From: Octopus vulgaris
Lineage: Eukaryota
NCBI GenBank assembly: GCA_951406725.2
Contig: OX597819.1
Location: 121,644,001 to 121,708,000, forward strand
Length of the DNA stretch: 64,000 bases
Reading direction: 5' to 3'
A program made the position numbers and the translations under genes. Shown one piece after another: positions 25,318 through 39,799 of this stretch (its first letter is position 1; each line of letters opens with the position of its first letter). The notes beneath the pieces were generated by a model. The model worked only from the letters and a program-made list of their open reading frames with translations, was not told the origin of the DNA and did not search any database.

Positions 25318-27486
25318 ACGAGTGTATGTGTGGCAGATGTCTAGATGAGCAAATGACAAGGGTAGCTGTGAAAATGGAGTGGTGCTGTGGGGACAGATGG
25401 AACGAATATTTAATGTTAATCCTTTCTACTGGAAGTACAAAGCCTCAAATTTTGGGGGGAATGGATTAAGTTGATTACATTGACTCCAGTGTATAACTGG
25501 TATTTATTTAATCGATCCCGAAAGGATGAAGGGCAAAGTTGACCTCAGCAGAATAGAATACGGAATGATAATGATGAAGGCGAGGAGCTGGCAGCAATGT
25601 GAGTGGACCACTGGGTAAAATGCTAAGCAGCACTTCGTCTGTCTTTACGTCTTGGGTTCAAATACCACCAGGTTGATTTTGTCTTTTATCCTTTCAGGGT
25701 CGATAAAATAAATACCAGTTGAACACTGGGGTTGATGCAAATGATTTACCCCTTTAGCTGAAACTGTTGGCCTTGGGCTAAAATTTGACGCCAATAATGA
25801 TGATGGTAGTAACCGTAAGGGAGTTGATCAATAATAGTGATTGCAATGATAATGATGATGGTGGTGATGATGACGATGATGGTCTTGCTGTAGACCAGAT
25901 CTTTGTCATAATGGTTAACCATTTGGCATTTAATCTGGCCATATCTGGTCCAGGCATTCTACATGTTTTGTATATTCTTTCCTGCCCTAGGCACAAGGAC
26001 CGAAATTTTTGGGGAAGGGGTCACTCGGTAAGAGTGACTCCAGTATACAACTGGTACTTAATTTATTGACCCTGAAAGGTAAAGTCAACCCCAGTGGAAT
26101 TTGAACTCAGAATGTAAAGACAGATGAAACACCACTAAGCACACCGCCTTACATGTTTTGTATTTTGAAACTGGCCTGATCCAGCTTCTCACACCTAATC
26201 TACAATGTCATTCTGAAAATATGCAATCACATCATTGACATATCAAAACTACAAGACAATGCATGATTCCATCCGATGAAGGGCTCACACACAGCTGTTG
26301 CCGAAAAATATTCATGCCCCAATATGACCCCCAGCTTTGAATCTGAAGCATTTTAACGATTTAAAGATTTATATAATAATTGTAAGGAACGATCTTCTCT
26401 AATAGTAAATGAATATAAATTCAGCAACATAAAGGTGGTGTGCAGTGCAGAAACAAATGTTGCGATTTATTATTTAAGGCTGATATCCACCGTCCTTGTG
26501 TTATATTATTTTTGCAATTAATCTTGTGCAAAGACAAGTTCCACATGTGTATCCAGCCCTGGAAAATACACAGTAGTGTATTTGTAGTAACCAAATATGG
26601 ACATTGGAGCTCTTAAATGCACATTACAAGGTATTTACCTGAATTATACCAAATATGTATACATACATACATATACATATGTCATCATCGTTTAACGTCC
26701 GCTTTCCATGGTAGCATGGGTTGGATGGTTCGACTGGGGCCTGGGAAGCTAAGAGGCTGCACCAGGCCCAGTCTGATCTGGCAGTGTTTCTACAGCTGGA
26801 TGCCCTTCCTAATGCCAACCACTCCATGAGCGTAGTGGGTGCTTTTTACATGCCACCGGCATATACATATATTAACGTACACATACATATATATATATGT
26901 ATATACTCACATATATACAATTATTTGCATATATGATATGTATGTATGTGCAAGTCATATATATGTATATATGTATATATATATATGTGTGTGTGTATAT
27001 TTACATATATCTATATCTATATCTATATATATATATGGAAATACAGTGTACATTTAAACACATAAGAGGTAGCCATCATAGGACTGCCTACATGCTAGAG
27101 AGGACAGTTAAATTCTGAACCACTATTAGAGATAAAAATCAAAGGGAGTGAAAAATAAAAACATTTACCATCTAACTCCTGGACCAATGGTTGCAGACTT
27201 CTTTTAGCAAATAAAATAATTTGCTAGGTGAAGCTTTCTTCAGCAGGTACACCTTAGATTAAATATATATACACTATATATATATATATATATAGTGAGA
27301 ATTTACAAAAAAACAGAAGACGAAGATGGGTGTGTAAACAAGAAACAGATGTATTAGTTTAACGCTCATGAAGTGAGAATGTCTTTTACATTTCGAGCCT
27401 ATGTTCTTCAACAGAAAGGAATACAGAAATAAACAGGGAGAGAAAATAAAAAAGGTTTAGTGGCTAGCAATCTTCTATCATTGCGA

Positions 27487-27540
<54 letters not shown>

Positions 27541-28202
27541 TGTGTGCACACCAGTGAGAGAGAGGAGTTTATGAAAACTCAGATGTTTTTTTTTGTTTTA
27601 TTTTGTTCATATCAGCCTTAATGTGATTTGCTCATTTGTATCTTAATGTGTGAGAAGCTGAAAGCCTATCCTTGATTATGAGTTGTTACCACAAAGTCAC
27701 AGATATAAGCACATCTCACATATCGCAACACAATAAAGTAACGTCTACATGATCGTTAGATCAGTTAGAAACAGGAACCAAATTTCTTTTTATTCTTTTT
27801 TTTTTTTTTTAGTTTTTAATCCCCCCCCTCCCCATCCCGATATTTTCATGTTATCTTTAATAAACAATAAAAGGTTTTACCCTTGGACATCGTTGTTCCT
27901 GATATCCGAAACGACAAGATCATTACGAAGCGCGCAACATCTTTGATCATACGAACTACTCGCGCAGAGAGTTCCACAGAACGCCACAACAGATAAAACA
28001 CCGCTAGCACCACCACCACCACCACCTCCACCACCACCATTACCACCACCATCACCACCACCAACACCAACAACAGCAAAAACTTTATGTCATTTCACTC
28101 AAAGGACTTAGAATATTTTATCTTTTAACTTTCACCACCCACAGGCAAGTGTTCTATAGATCAAGTCATTCCATGGATGTTGTGTGTGTGTGTATATATA
28201 TG

Positions 28203-28282
<80 letters not shown>

Positions 28283-28810
28283 TTATATATATATACATAT
28301 ATATATGTGGTTATATATTTATGCGTTCATTCTTTGTCCTTTTCCCGAAAGTGTCATTATGTATATATATAAAATTCTTCAAATATATTGCTGCCGTCCT
28401 CTTGTCTTTTATCAGGCTCCTCTGTGCATGGCATCCTTTATAAATAAATAAATAAAACCAGCAGAATGTTCTTCTTCTTCTTTTGCTAGGTTGCCGCTGC
28501 ACCAAACAGACTCACAATGTCCAATGTTGGCTTTGTTCTTCTCTTCACTTTATAGAAAATTAAACCCTGCACTTTCTCCCCCTCCTCCCTCTCTCTCTCT
28601 CTTTGTGTTTGTGTGTATGCATATATGTATATATTTATGTATATATCTATTTATGTTTATGTATATATATATATGTGTGTGTGTGTGTCTGTGTGCGTGT
28701 GTGTGTATGTGTGTGTGAATGCACACACATAACACATATATATATTTTCATATGTGCACATACATATTTACATGTACATATATACACACAAATGTACATA
28801 TTTAAATACA

Positions 28811-28864
<54 letters not shown>

Positions 28865-28929
28865 TATATATCTATATGTGTATGTGTGTATATATGCATA
28901 CATATATGTGTTTATATATATATGTATAC

Positions 28930-28962
<33 letters not shown>

Positions 28963-29029
28963 TACACACACATATATGTATATACATATATAGGTACATA
29001 TACACACACATGTATATATATATATATAA

Positions 29030-29074
<45 letters not shown>

Positions 29075-29560
29075 TATGTGTGTGTGTCTATGTGTGTGTT
29101 TTTGTATCTATGTATGTATAGTTATATCTATTTAATTGTCACACCCTATCATTTAATTAACAACGAACAAAAATAGACCATCATTCCATCGTTGCATGAT
29201 TCTATCATTCTATCATTCCATCATTCTATCATTCTATCATTATATCGTTTTCCGAAATTAAATTTCCTAATACAACAACACAAGTCTCACACACACACAA
29301 TGGTAACGCCTTCTTCATTTCTGCAGACGGGCGTAAATGAAATATAATTCACACCACCCTGCTAAGATAGGAACCATATATATTAAGAGGTTATCTGGAA
29401 ATATTGGAAACAATTATTTTGGAGTTTTCTGTTGAATAAACAATGACTTTGTAGATATTGTCAAGCTAAATTTTAATATCTCCTTCACTGGAATTTCCAT
29501 TTTAGCTATCTGCAGCCAAACTTCAAAGTCGTAATTTATATACGTGCACATGTATGGGAT

Positions 29561-29605
<45 letters not shown>

Positions 29606-30120
29606 TGTGCGTGTGTATGTGTATGTACATGTATGCTTATAATATATATATATATATAAATATATATATGTATGTATGTATACATATGTATACATATATA
29701 TATACATTGTATGTTTATATGTATATGTGTAGATATATATATAGAGAGAGACCAGCATATCCATAATACATAATGCATAAATACATATATATTTATATAT
29801 GTATACATTTATACATGCATATAGAAATATATGTATATATATGTATATATATACACACACACAGGTGTAGGCCTATATATATACACACAAACACATATAT
29901 ACATATACATGCATATATATATATGTATGCATAAACATATACATACATATATACATATACATGCATATATATATATGTATGCATATGCATATACATACAT
30001 ATATACACACACACATAAATATGCACACACACACACACAAGTGTATATATGTATATATATATGCATACATGTGAAAATATATATATACACACACATGCAT
30101 CTTTGTATGCAGGTATACAG

Positions 30121-30153
<33 letters not shown>

Positions 30154-30347
30154 TGCACTTCACTCTCATATGCATTTTTTCTTTAAATATTTTTACAATT
30201 ATTTTCTATCCTATTATTCTTTCTTTCTATTTTAGAATTTCGTGGACATAATATTTTTATTCCTATCTTTTTAATTTTACCCAAACAAAAGTTTTTCCTA
30301 TAACAATGTGATTTAAAAAAAAAATTTTTCTCCCCTTTATTTTCTAG

Positions 30348-30465
30348 TTTACTGAACACAGTGGAAAAACCGTGTGTGTAAGATTATTAGAAGAATCTGC
30401 ATCTTGGTTAAAATTATTATCAAAACCTGTCGATATGCCCAAGAACTGTATTGTGTTTTATGAAG
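30348..30465 (+). CDS. ush: FOG/U-shaped 118-nt coding exon, middle of PR/SET-like domain (absent from the ORF track)
   Basis: tttctag|TTT...GAAG|gtaagt. Translates without stops as FTEHSGKTVCVRLLEESASWLKLLSKPVDMPKNCIVFYE. Phase 0 in and phase 1 out exactly bridge the flanking exons. The W-L-K-L...N-C pattern is PR-domain-like. Confidence 0.85.
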
Positions 30466-31116
30466 GTAAGTTCATATATATATTTATTTACCTGTCAAAC
30501 CCAAATTTCGATTAAAGAACTTGAAGCGTCAGAAAAAAATACTACAGGAAAATATCCATTTTTTCTGAAGCACTCTTTTATGGTTTTTCTTCATGTTGTC
30601 ATTGTTGATGTCATTGCCACTGAAGCCACCATGGTTGCTGCCAACGTTGTCGCAGACATCATCATCACTGTTGTTGTTCTTCTTCTTCTTCTTTTTTTTC
30701 TTCTTCTTTACAATTCTTTATATTCTGAATTCACGTCCTAACCGAAGCCGACTTTGCCTTCCATATTTACATATGGCTTGCAGAAACCATAGCAACCAGA
30801 AAATATTCTTTTATAATTCTAGGCTCAAGGCCCTAAATGTATGGGGAGGGTGCCAGTCGATTATATCGACCCCGGTGCGTAACTGGTACTTATTTAATCG
30901 ACCCCCGAAAGGATGAAAGGCAAAGTTGACCTCGGCGGAATTTGAACTCAGAACAGAAAATATTGGAGTTGGCTGCATCAACTACTCCCTTTCGTTTCCT
31001 CCATCTTTTACTTAAACCCCTAAACAATAAATATGAAAAGATATGAATAAACTATATATATATATATCATCATCATCATCATCATCATTTAACGTCCGTT
31101 CTATATATATATATAT

Positions 31117-31423
31117 AAGGTTTGGTGGAAAATTTTGGTTCAGAACTTACGAAAACTAGACATTGGTACTACAGAGCCAGTGATGGTTTCAGCTGAGTTG
31201 GTATCAAAAGGGTTAAGAATTGTTTCTCTATTATATATTTTAACCCTTTTGTTACCTTATTTCTGTTGAGATGCTCTCTGTTTCTTTCAATTCATTTTAA
31301 ATATAACAGAATTTAATAAAATAACTTTATCATTAAGCTAGATTTAGGAACGTAAATTGTGACTAAGGTTTGGTGGAAGAATTTAGTTCAGAACTTATGA
31401 AAACAAGACATTTGTACTACAGA
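31117..31423 (+). mobile_element. Two fragments of a piggyBac-type MITE
   Basis: ..GGTATCAAAAGGG-TTAA end near 31216 and TTAA-CCCTTTTGTTACC start near 31239, with shared internal sequence. Related pieces at ~8665-8781 and ~49830-49940. Confidence 0.65.
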
Positions 31424-32564
31424 CCCTCAGGTTACTCAAGAAATGAAGAGGCATGCTGTTATTGTAGTTATAAAGGCTGAGCATAGAAATTTAGAAATAT
31501 CTTGAGTTTTAAAATTTGCCAGATCTTTCATCTACAAAGTTTGTATGGAGCTAGAGACTGAAGATGGAAACGTATCGCCAGTATCAAAGCATAAAAAAGC
31601 ATTCTAAATGCTCTGAAGTCATCAGAACACTTGAATTTATCCAGCATGTTCAACAGACCATTGATTGCAATCCTAGAAAGTTCATGAGATCAATTGCAAA
31701 AGATCTCCATGTGTCCGAAAGAACAGTCAGAAATGTTGTCCACAAAGACATCAAATATAAGTCTTGTATGATGAGGAAATGTCAATTTGTCAGCAATACA
31801 AAAGAAAATCACTACATCAGATCTAAAAGGCTCTTAAACAAACTGAAAAATCCAGCAGACGATTTGATTTAGTTTTTCTCAAAGGAGAAAAACTTCAACC
31901 AAGAAGAGAAAGTTAACAGAAGAAATAACAGATGCTTATGTGCAGACCCTTCTGAAGTTCCAAGTGTTATGCATACAAAATTTCCTGCAACTATCATGGT
32001 TTTAAGGGTTGTCAGCAAAGAAGGACATGTGATGCCTACTTACTTCTTTCCACAGAGCCTTAGAGTTAACTCTGCCACCTACATTAAGGTCCTGGAAATA
32101 ATTGTTAAGCCTTGAAGAGATAGTGTATGCAATGGAATGCCATATGTGTTTCAGTAAGACTCTGCACTATCACACATTACTCTAGTAACACAGGAATCGA
32201 TGGCTGAAAATTTTCATGATCACATAACCCCTAACATTTGGCCTCCTAATTACCCAGATTTCAATCCATTGGACTATTATATGTGGTGCGCTGTTGAGAG
32301 AGAGAGCAATGAATATGCCCATAACACCAAAGATTCTATGAAAGCTTCCATAGTCAGAGTAATGTCCATAATGAGCCAGGACCACTTGATTTGAGCATGT
32401 AGATGATTTAGCTCTCATATAGAAGCATTTGTTGAAGCTGAAGGTGGCTTTATTGAATAACATTATTGAAAAAGTTAATTTTTGTCCTCATAGCATTTTT
32501 TGTTATTATATATCTGGTTTTTTTTATAAACATAAATTTGTCTTCAAATATCTTATGCATCCTG
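31421..32564 (+). mobile_element. Decayed Tc1/mariner-superfamily transposon, DD37D (maT) family, 5'-truncated
   Basis: Stop- and frameshift-broken transposase with FFSxEKNF, FQ*DSALSH and WPPNYPDFNPLDYYMW. 37 residues lie between the second and third catalytic D. Right end ..CATCCTG|TA at 32564. Confidence 0.9.
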
Positions 32565-33024
32565 TATATATACACTTATAGTATATCCAATTGATGTAGC
32601 TAAAGACCACTTGTAAGTGGCTAATATGAGAATATGAAATACGTTTCAGCTTTTTGGGACCTTTTTGATAGTGTGTCATCACAGCCAGCCGAATACCTGA
32701 ATGAGTAATTGTCAACCCTCACTTAGCACAATTAAAGAAAACTTTCAAAACACAACACGTCCATATGAGATGTTATATCAGGATAAATACTGCAGTAATT
32801 AGTCTATCAATAGTGTATATACATTAAATACGATACATAAATCGCTGCAAAGATTTATATGTGTGTGTGTCTGTTTATATGCATATATATGTATATAAAT
32901 TTATGTATGTGTGTGTATATATATACACATACACACACACACACTCATATATTATACATACACACACACACATATATGTATATATACATATATTTATATA
33001 TGTATATGTATATATACATATATT

Positions 33025-33089
<65 letters not shown>

Positions 33090-34826
33090 ACGCACATATT
33101 AAAATATGTGTGTGTGTGTGTGCACATGTATGTATGCATATGTGTATATAAGTATATGAATATATACATTCTCATGTATACACACACATTCTGTATATTT
33201 TTTATATGAATACAACATTTATATGTGATGCAAGTGTGTAGATTTATGCTATGTTTATAAGATATGCTGTATGCGTGCATAGAAACATACATACACGCAT
33301 GTGTTGTGTGTGTGTATGTTGTGTGTGTATGCATGTGTGTGTATGCATGTGTATGTGCATATGTATTTATGTAAGTGTGTATGCATGTATGTATTCATGT
33401 GTGTGTATGTGTATATTTATATATGCACATACAAACAGAAATATACACACATATATAATGTAGTTCTGTGTGTGTGTGTTTGTGTGTGTGTGTGCGTGTG
33501 TGTGTGTGAATGTATAGTAATCTCTTAGTACGTATGATGGAATTTAGCAGGTATTCCACTGTTTACTCATAAAGTTATTTTTTACCATATTTTTTCTCTT
33601 ACATTTACAACAACAGATTTGTTCAAAGAACATTATAAATAGTTTGGCTTTTTTTTTTCGCATATTCTTTATTTTTTTATTCTTGTTTGCTCAGAAAACA
33701 TCATTAAAATTTCATTTCTTATTTTTAATTATTTTTTTAAACCAAAATAAGAATTACTGGCTATATTTTTGAAAAATTGATAACTTTTTCAAAAAGCATG
33801 GTCTTTTAGCAAAAAAACATTTTATTTTCATTTTTGATTTTTTTTTTTTGGTTATTTGGTCGTATTTTCATTTATTAATTCTTGCTCACATTTCTCTTTA
33901 ATTGAACGTTCTTCCACCCATTCTGTCCGTGCAATACCTGACGAGACATATTACCTTTGATAATCATTTTTAATTTTTCATATTCCTCTTCTCCATCATC
34001 GTCGTATTTTTCTTCTTCTTCTTCTTCTCGTTTTACCTCTCACACATTACAATTAATGCTTGACTTTTCTCCATTCCTCTTCCTCCTCGCTCCCCTCTCC
34101 TCCTTACCCTCCCATCCCTTGCTTTCACCTTTCTGAAATCTAAAAAAAAAATTTCTTTAAAAATTTCAATTTATCTAAATGAATCAATGCAAACGGTGTG
34201 ACCCAGGTTTCCTCTTTTCCCTGGTAAAAGCACCACCGCTCTTAAAAGGTTCTGTAGGTGTGGGTCGGTGACAGGCAGCAGTGCTGGTTCGCTTGCAGTG
34301 GCATCTTTGGCAAAGGAGGAGGCGGCGGGGGACGAGGGATGTTGGAAGAACTTACAGCCAGTAACAAAATCAATAACGAGAATGCTTTCTTATTTCCATG
34401 TTTAATTAAAAGTTGGGCCTTCTTTTTCCATAGAGATATTGGTTGTTCTTTGGAAGTCCCTGGGTTAATTAAAAAGTAGTCAATTCTTTTACACTTCTTC
34501 ATATTCTTATTCTTCCTCCTCCTCCTTCTCCTCCTCCTCTTCCTCCCTCCACCTCTCTCTCTCTCTCTGTCTTGTAAGTCTTTCTTCTTTGGAATTATAT
34601 AGATTTCATATTGGCTTTCTCTTTCTATTTTTATTTTTGTTTATATGTTTTTTTTTCTTGTTGTTCTCTCTCTCTGAACATATCCTGCCAAGTTCATAGA
34701 TTAATTTATAAAAATTCGGCTTTCATGTCAAACGAAGTGTTGGTTATTTGCTTTCCTATCCATAAAGTATTATAAAACTAACAACAACAATATAACAATA
34801 ATTTTTGAAAAAAAAAAAAGCACAAC

Positions 34827-34875
<49 letters not shown>

Positions 34876-34977
34876 TTGATAATAATTTGAGCAAGTAAGA
34901 AAGTAAAAAGAACAATAGAAAAACGAAGAAAAAAGTGAAAAGCAAAACAACCATTAAACTACATGGTTTTGTAAGAA

Positions 34978-35030
<53 letters not shown>

Positions 35031-36388
35031 TGATGATGATGATGATGGTGACAACAACAACAATAATTAATAAATGAATAAAAGTAAATCTTTGCTAAGT
35101 GATACTTTCTCTTGTGTTTTGTTGACTTGAAGTCAACTTTTGGTGATTAATTTCTTCCGATGCTAGCCTTTTGAAGAATTTTTCTCCTGTAGAAAATAAA
35201 GATCAGGCATTCACTAAAAGGTTAATGCTATGTAAGATAATAATATTCCTTGGTTTTGGCTTGCTTTCTTTCTTTTTTTTTTTTTTCTCGTTTTTTGTTT
35301 GTTTGTTTTCCATCAAAATCTTATCATCGCACCGACACCGGCCGCAACCAATACCATGACCGCGACCGCAACGCAACGACGACAACCACGACAACAACGA
35401 AGGAATTTTAATTTTTTTTCTTCTTATTTTGTATATTTTGTCTTTGTTGCTATTTAAGGAACCCTCCAACCAAATGAAAGTATCAGCATCGGTTCTCTTG
35501 ATAGACTTTAAAACTCTTCATCAACCTTTATTTATTTATTTCTTGCGCTGTTCTTTCCCCGACACCTTACCAATCCTTCTTATGTTGTGAAAGCTAAAAT
35601 TTTGTGGGTGTTTTTTTTTTCTTTTTTCTTTTAAATTTTTTCTTCTGCTATCATTCTTCTTCTTATCATCATAATAATAATCATCATCATCATCATAATA
35701 ATAATAATCAACATCATCTTCATCATCGTCTTTATTATCATCATAATCACCATCATCATCATTTTCATCATCTTCATCATAATCATCATCATCATGGTCT
35801 TTATCAACATCATTGTCATCGTCATTGTCACCACCATCATCATCATGAACATCATCTTCATCATCATCATCATAATCACGATCATCATCATTTCCATCAT
35901 CTTCATCATCATCATCATTGTCATCATCATCTTCATTATTATTATCAGTTTGGTGAAGGAAGCGAGCTGGCTGAATTGTTAGCATGACGGGGGAAAATGC
36001 TTAGTGGTATTTAATCCAAATTTACATTCTGAGTTCAATTTCCACCAAGGTCGAATTTGTCTTTCATTGTTTTTGTTTGGGTGGGGGGATGGGTGTTGAT
36101 AAAATAAGTACCAGTTAAATGCTAGGGTTAATGTAATCAACTAAACTTCTTTCCCAAAATTGCTGGTCTTGAGCCAAAATGTAAAATAATTATTATCAGA
36201 GAAGTGAGTTGGCTGAACTGTTACAGTATTGGACAAAATGCTGTCTGTGTTCAAATCTTGCAGGAGATCAACCTTGCCTTCCATCCTTTAGGGTTTGATA
36301 AAACATAGTACCATTTCAGGTCCTAGGATCAATGTAGGCAACAAATTCTTTTGATTCCATTTCCTTGTTCCAAATTTAGAAAGAGTTA

Positions 36389-36465
<77 letters not shown>

Positions 36466-37284
36466 GTTTTTCTTTTTTCCTTCTTTCTTCAAATTTTCTT
36501 CCGTTTCTCGCCAAGTATTTTCCGTACACCTAGGGCAGAGAAGCTTATTGCTTGCATTCTCAGATTACATACGCAAATTCACAGGTAAAATATGTATTTT
36601 AAAAAAATTAATAAATAAATAAATTCATGAATGGATGTTGTTTGCACAGCGATAATGCTCTTCTCAGTACATGAGTCGTTCCAGTTAACACGATTTGTTG
36701 CACTTCCTGTAGGGATGGTTAACCTGGTATCATTTTCAAAAAGGTTTCAGTACCTTTTTTTAATCATTCCTAGAGATCCTACAATCACTGGTACTGTAGT
36801 CGCCTTGAGATGCCACATTTTTTCAATTTCTATTAGCAAGTCTTTATATTTACTGACCTTGTCAAATTCTTTCGCCGCTATATTGTGATTGCAAGGAATA
36901 CTCATGTCAATTAATAAACACACCTTTTTTTGTCTGATCTTTTATAATAATATCCGGTTTATTAGCTTTTATAGTTTTGTCGGTCTGTACGGGGAAGTCC
37001 CATAGAATTAACACATTTTCTCCCTCAGTCACAGCTTCAGGATGGTGTTTATACCACTTGTCAGCGGTTTTGATTTTATAATGCCGACATATTGTCCAAT
37101 GTAAATACTAGCCGACTTTGTCATGTCTTGCTTTATATTCTGCAGGTGCTAAGACTCTGCACCCTGAGATCAGGTGGTCTATTGTTTCAATCTCATCCTT
37201 ACAGAATCGGCATTTTGGGTCAGCTCCATTTTTTTATCACATTGGCTTAGTAGTTCCGGGTTAATAAGCTTTGGTCTTGAGCAG
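36466..37284 (-). mobile_element. 5'-truncated RLE-type non-LTR retrotransposon (R4/Dong-like) flanked by (TAA)n
   Basis: Minus strand encodes CRFCKDEIETIDHLISGC (zinc knuckle), RHD, LWDFPVQTDKTIKANKPDIII..LLIDMSIP and KYKDL..MW..VPVIVGSLG, with in-frame stops. (TTA)n on both sides. Confidence 0.88.
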
Positions 37285-37309
37285 ATTATTATTATTATTA
37301 TTATTATTA

Positions 37310-37344
<35 letters not shown>

Positions 37345-37670
37345 ATATGTTTAACTTTTGCTTTGCATTTGTACAAGTTGGCTCCAAGAGACAAGTTGGA
37401 AGTTTATGTTGGTGTTATGCCTAGGGTGCCATATATTTGGTTTTGTACTTAGTGTTGTTCTAGAGAATGTTTAAGAAAGCATAAGAAAATTATGAGTTTG
37501 TCTTAAAATTTCAGATTATATAGAGAGTATTTAACGTAGGATATGGGCAGTTCCCATGAGCACTATCATTTGAATTTCTGCCATTATGTGGTTTGTTGGT
37601 ATCTGAGCTAGGTAGGAATCAGCCCTTTTTGCTATCATTCATAGGGCACCTATGACAACAGGTACTGTTT
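37345..37670 (-). mobile_element. Second R4/Dong-like 3' fragment from a different subfamily
   Basis: Minus-strand translation TVPVVIGAL*MIAKRAD..EIQMIVLMGTAHILR followed by 3' UTR. Bounded by (TTA)n. Confidence 0.75.
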
Positions 37671-37973
37671 ATTATTATTATTATTGAGTGAGAGAGCAGT
37701 GCATGCCATCAAAGTGACATTGTGGTACAAATATACGAAGCCCAGTCTACCCATCATGACAAGGGTACACCAGGCACATGTATCACAACCAGATGTGTGC
37801 AACATGGTGACCTCATATCAAGATAAACAGCATATGACCTTGCAGGTGGGGCTCAGTGCGAATTTTCTTCTGGTCGAGTAACCCATCCCACTGAAAAGGT
37901 CCCTGAATAAGGATTGTTTAAGGATGTTGAATAATTCACCTAATTTGGATAATTCACCTTATTATTATTATTA

Positions 37974-38007
<34 letters not shown>

Positions 38008-38013
<6 letters not shown>

Positions 38014-38151
38014 AATTCTGCCGAGGTCGACTTTGCCTTTAGTTCTTTCGGGGTCATTAAAATAAGTGCCATTTGAGTACTGGGGAGGGGTCGATGTAAT
38101 CCACTATCTGCTGCCCCCCTAATCCCAAGTTTTGTGCCTATAGCAGAAAGG

Positions 38152-38238
<87 letters not shown>

Positions 38239-38790
38239 AGAAGAAGGTGGCGAGCTGACTGAATCATTATAGCACCATGTAAAATGCATTTGTCGATTTC
38301 ATTCATTTTCACAATCAGGGTTCAAATTCTGCCGAGGTCAACTTTGCCTTTCACCGTTTTGTGGGGGTCAATCAAATAAGTACCAACTGCATACTAGAGG
38401 TGGGAGTGGGGGGTGGCAAGGTAAGGTAATTGCCTTAACCCTCGCCCCACCAAAAAAAAAATAATTCAGGCTTTGTGCCTATAGCAGAAAAGATTATTAT
38501 TATTATTATTATTATCATTATTATTATTATTATAAGAAGAAGGTGGCGAGTTGACTGAATCATTATCGCACCGGGTAAAATGCCTTTGTCCATTTCGTCC
38601 AGTTTGACAATCAGAGTTCAAATTTTGCCGAGGTCAACTTTGCTTTTCATTGTTTTGGGGGTCGAACAAATAAGTACCAACTGCATACTAGAGGTGTGTG
38701 TGGTGGGGGAGGGCAATGTAGTTGCCTTAACCCTCACCCCACCAAAAAAAATTCAGGCCTTGTCCTTATAGGAGAAAGGATTACTACTAC
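38008..38790 (+). mobile_element. Three tandem family B SINE variants with (ATT)n tails
   Basis: Units at ~38008-38150, 38243-38490 and 38540-38780, each ending GAAA(A/G)GATTA(T/C)TA. Confidence 0.8.
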
Positions 38791-38982
38791 TACTATTGTT
38801 ATTATTATTATTATTATTATTACTTTTTTTTTTCTTCTTTCAAATTTTCTTCCATTTCTTGCCGAGTGTCTTCCCGACTCCTAGGGCAAAGAAACTCATA
38901 GTATACATTGGTAGGCCATTAAACCAAACTCAATAGTTCGTTCATTTTTTTTTTTTTTTTTTAAGTTAAATTAAAATTAAAA

Positions 38983-39054
<72 letters not shown>

Positions 39055-39799
39055 TTCACACTTCAAATTTTCAGTGAATCTATATTGTTTTAAATTAGCA
39101 AATGGGTGGTAAATGTGTTGGGCAAAAAGAACAAAAAAAAAAAACACAAAAAAACCCCCCAGAAAAACAAAGCAAAAAAAAAGAAGAAAAAAAACGACAA
39201 ACGAGGTTATCTTTCAGACACTATACTCTTCACACTTGACATTCTAGCTTTTGTTTTCCTTTCTTTCCTTTTCTCTCTCTCCCTCTCTCTTTCCTTCTCT
39301 TTCTCTCTGTCTCTCTCACTCATTTTTTTTTTTTTTTTCTTGTGTGTGTATTGTTAGGTTTCAACTTTTTCCTGGTTTGATGTTTGGAAATGGCCATCTT
39401 TTAATGAGGTGTGTGTGTGTGTGTGTGTGTGTGGAGGTGTGGTGTTGTTGTCGTTGTTGTTGTGTTGTCTTGTCATTATTGTTGTTAACTAAATTATATA
39501 TAGCCGATTGATCAGTTGTATTGATTCGCTGAAAAAAAACACAAACAGACACACAGACTTTTATATATTCTGTTTGTAATTAAAGGCCAACTGCTTCTCT
39601 TGCCTTCATAAAAAACATTAAAAGTACACACGCTCATACATACACACACACTGACTGAACATACATATGCCCACACACAAAAGCTACTTAGACACACACA
39701 CACATACACACATACACACACACAGTGTACATACTTATACCCCCACACACATTTTGTACATACACCTAACCACACATGCAAAATACTCACACACACACA

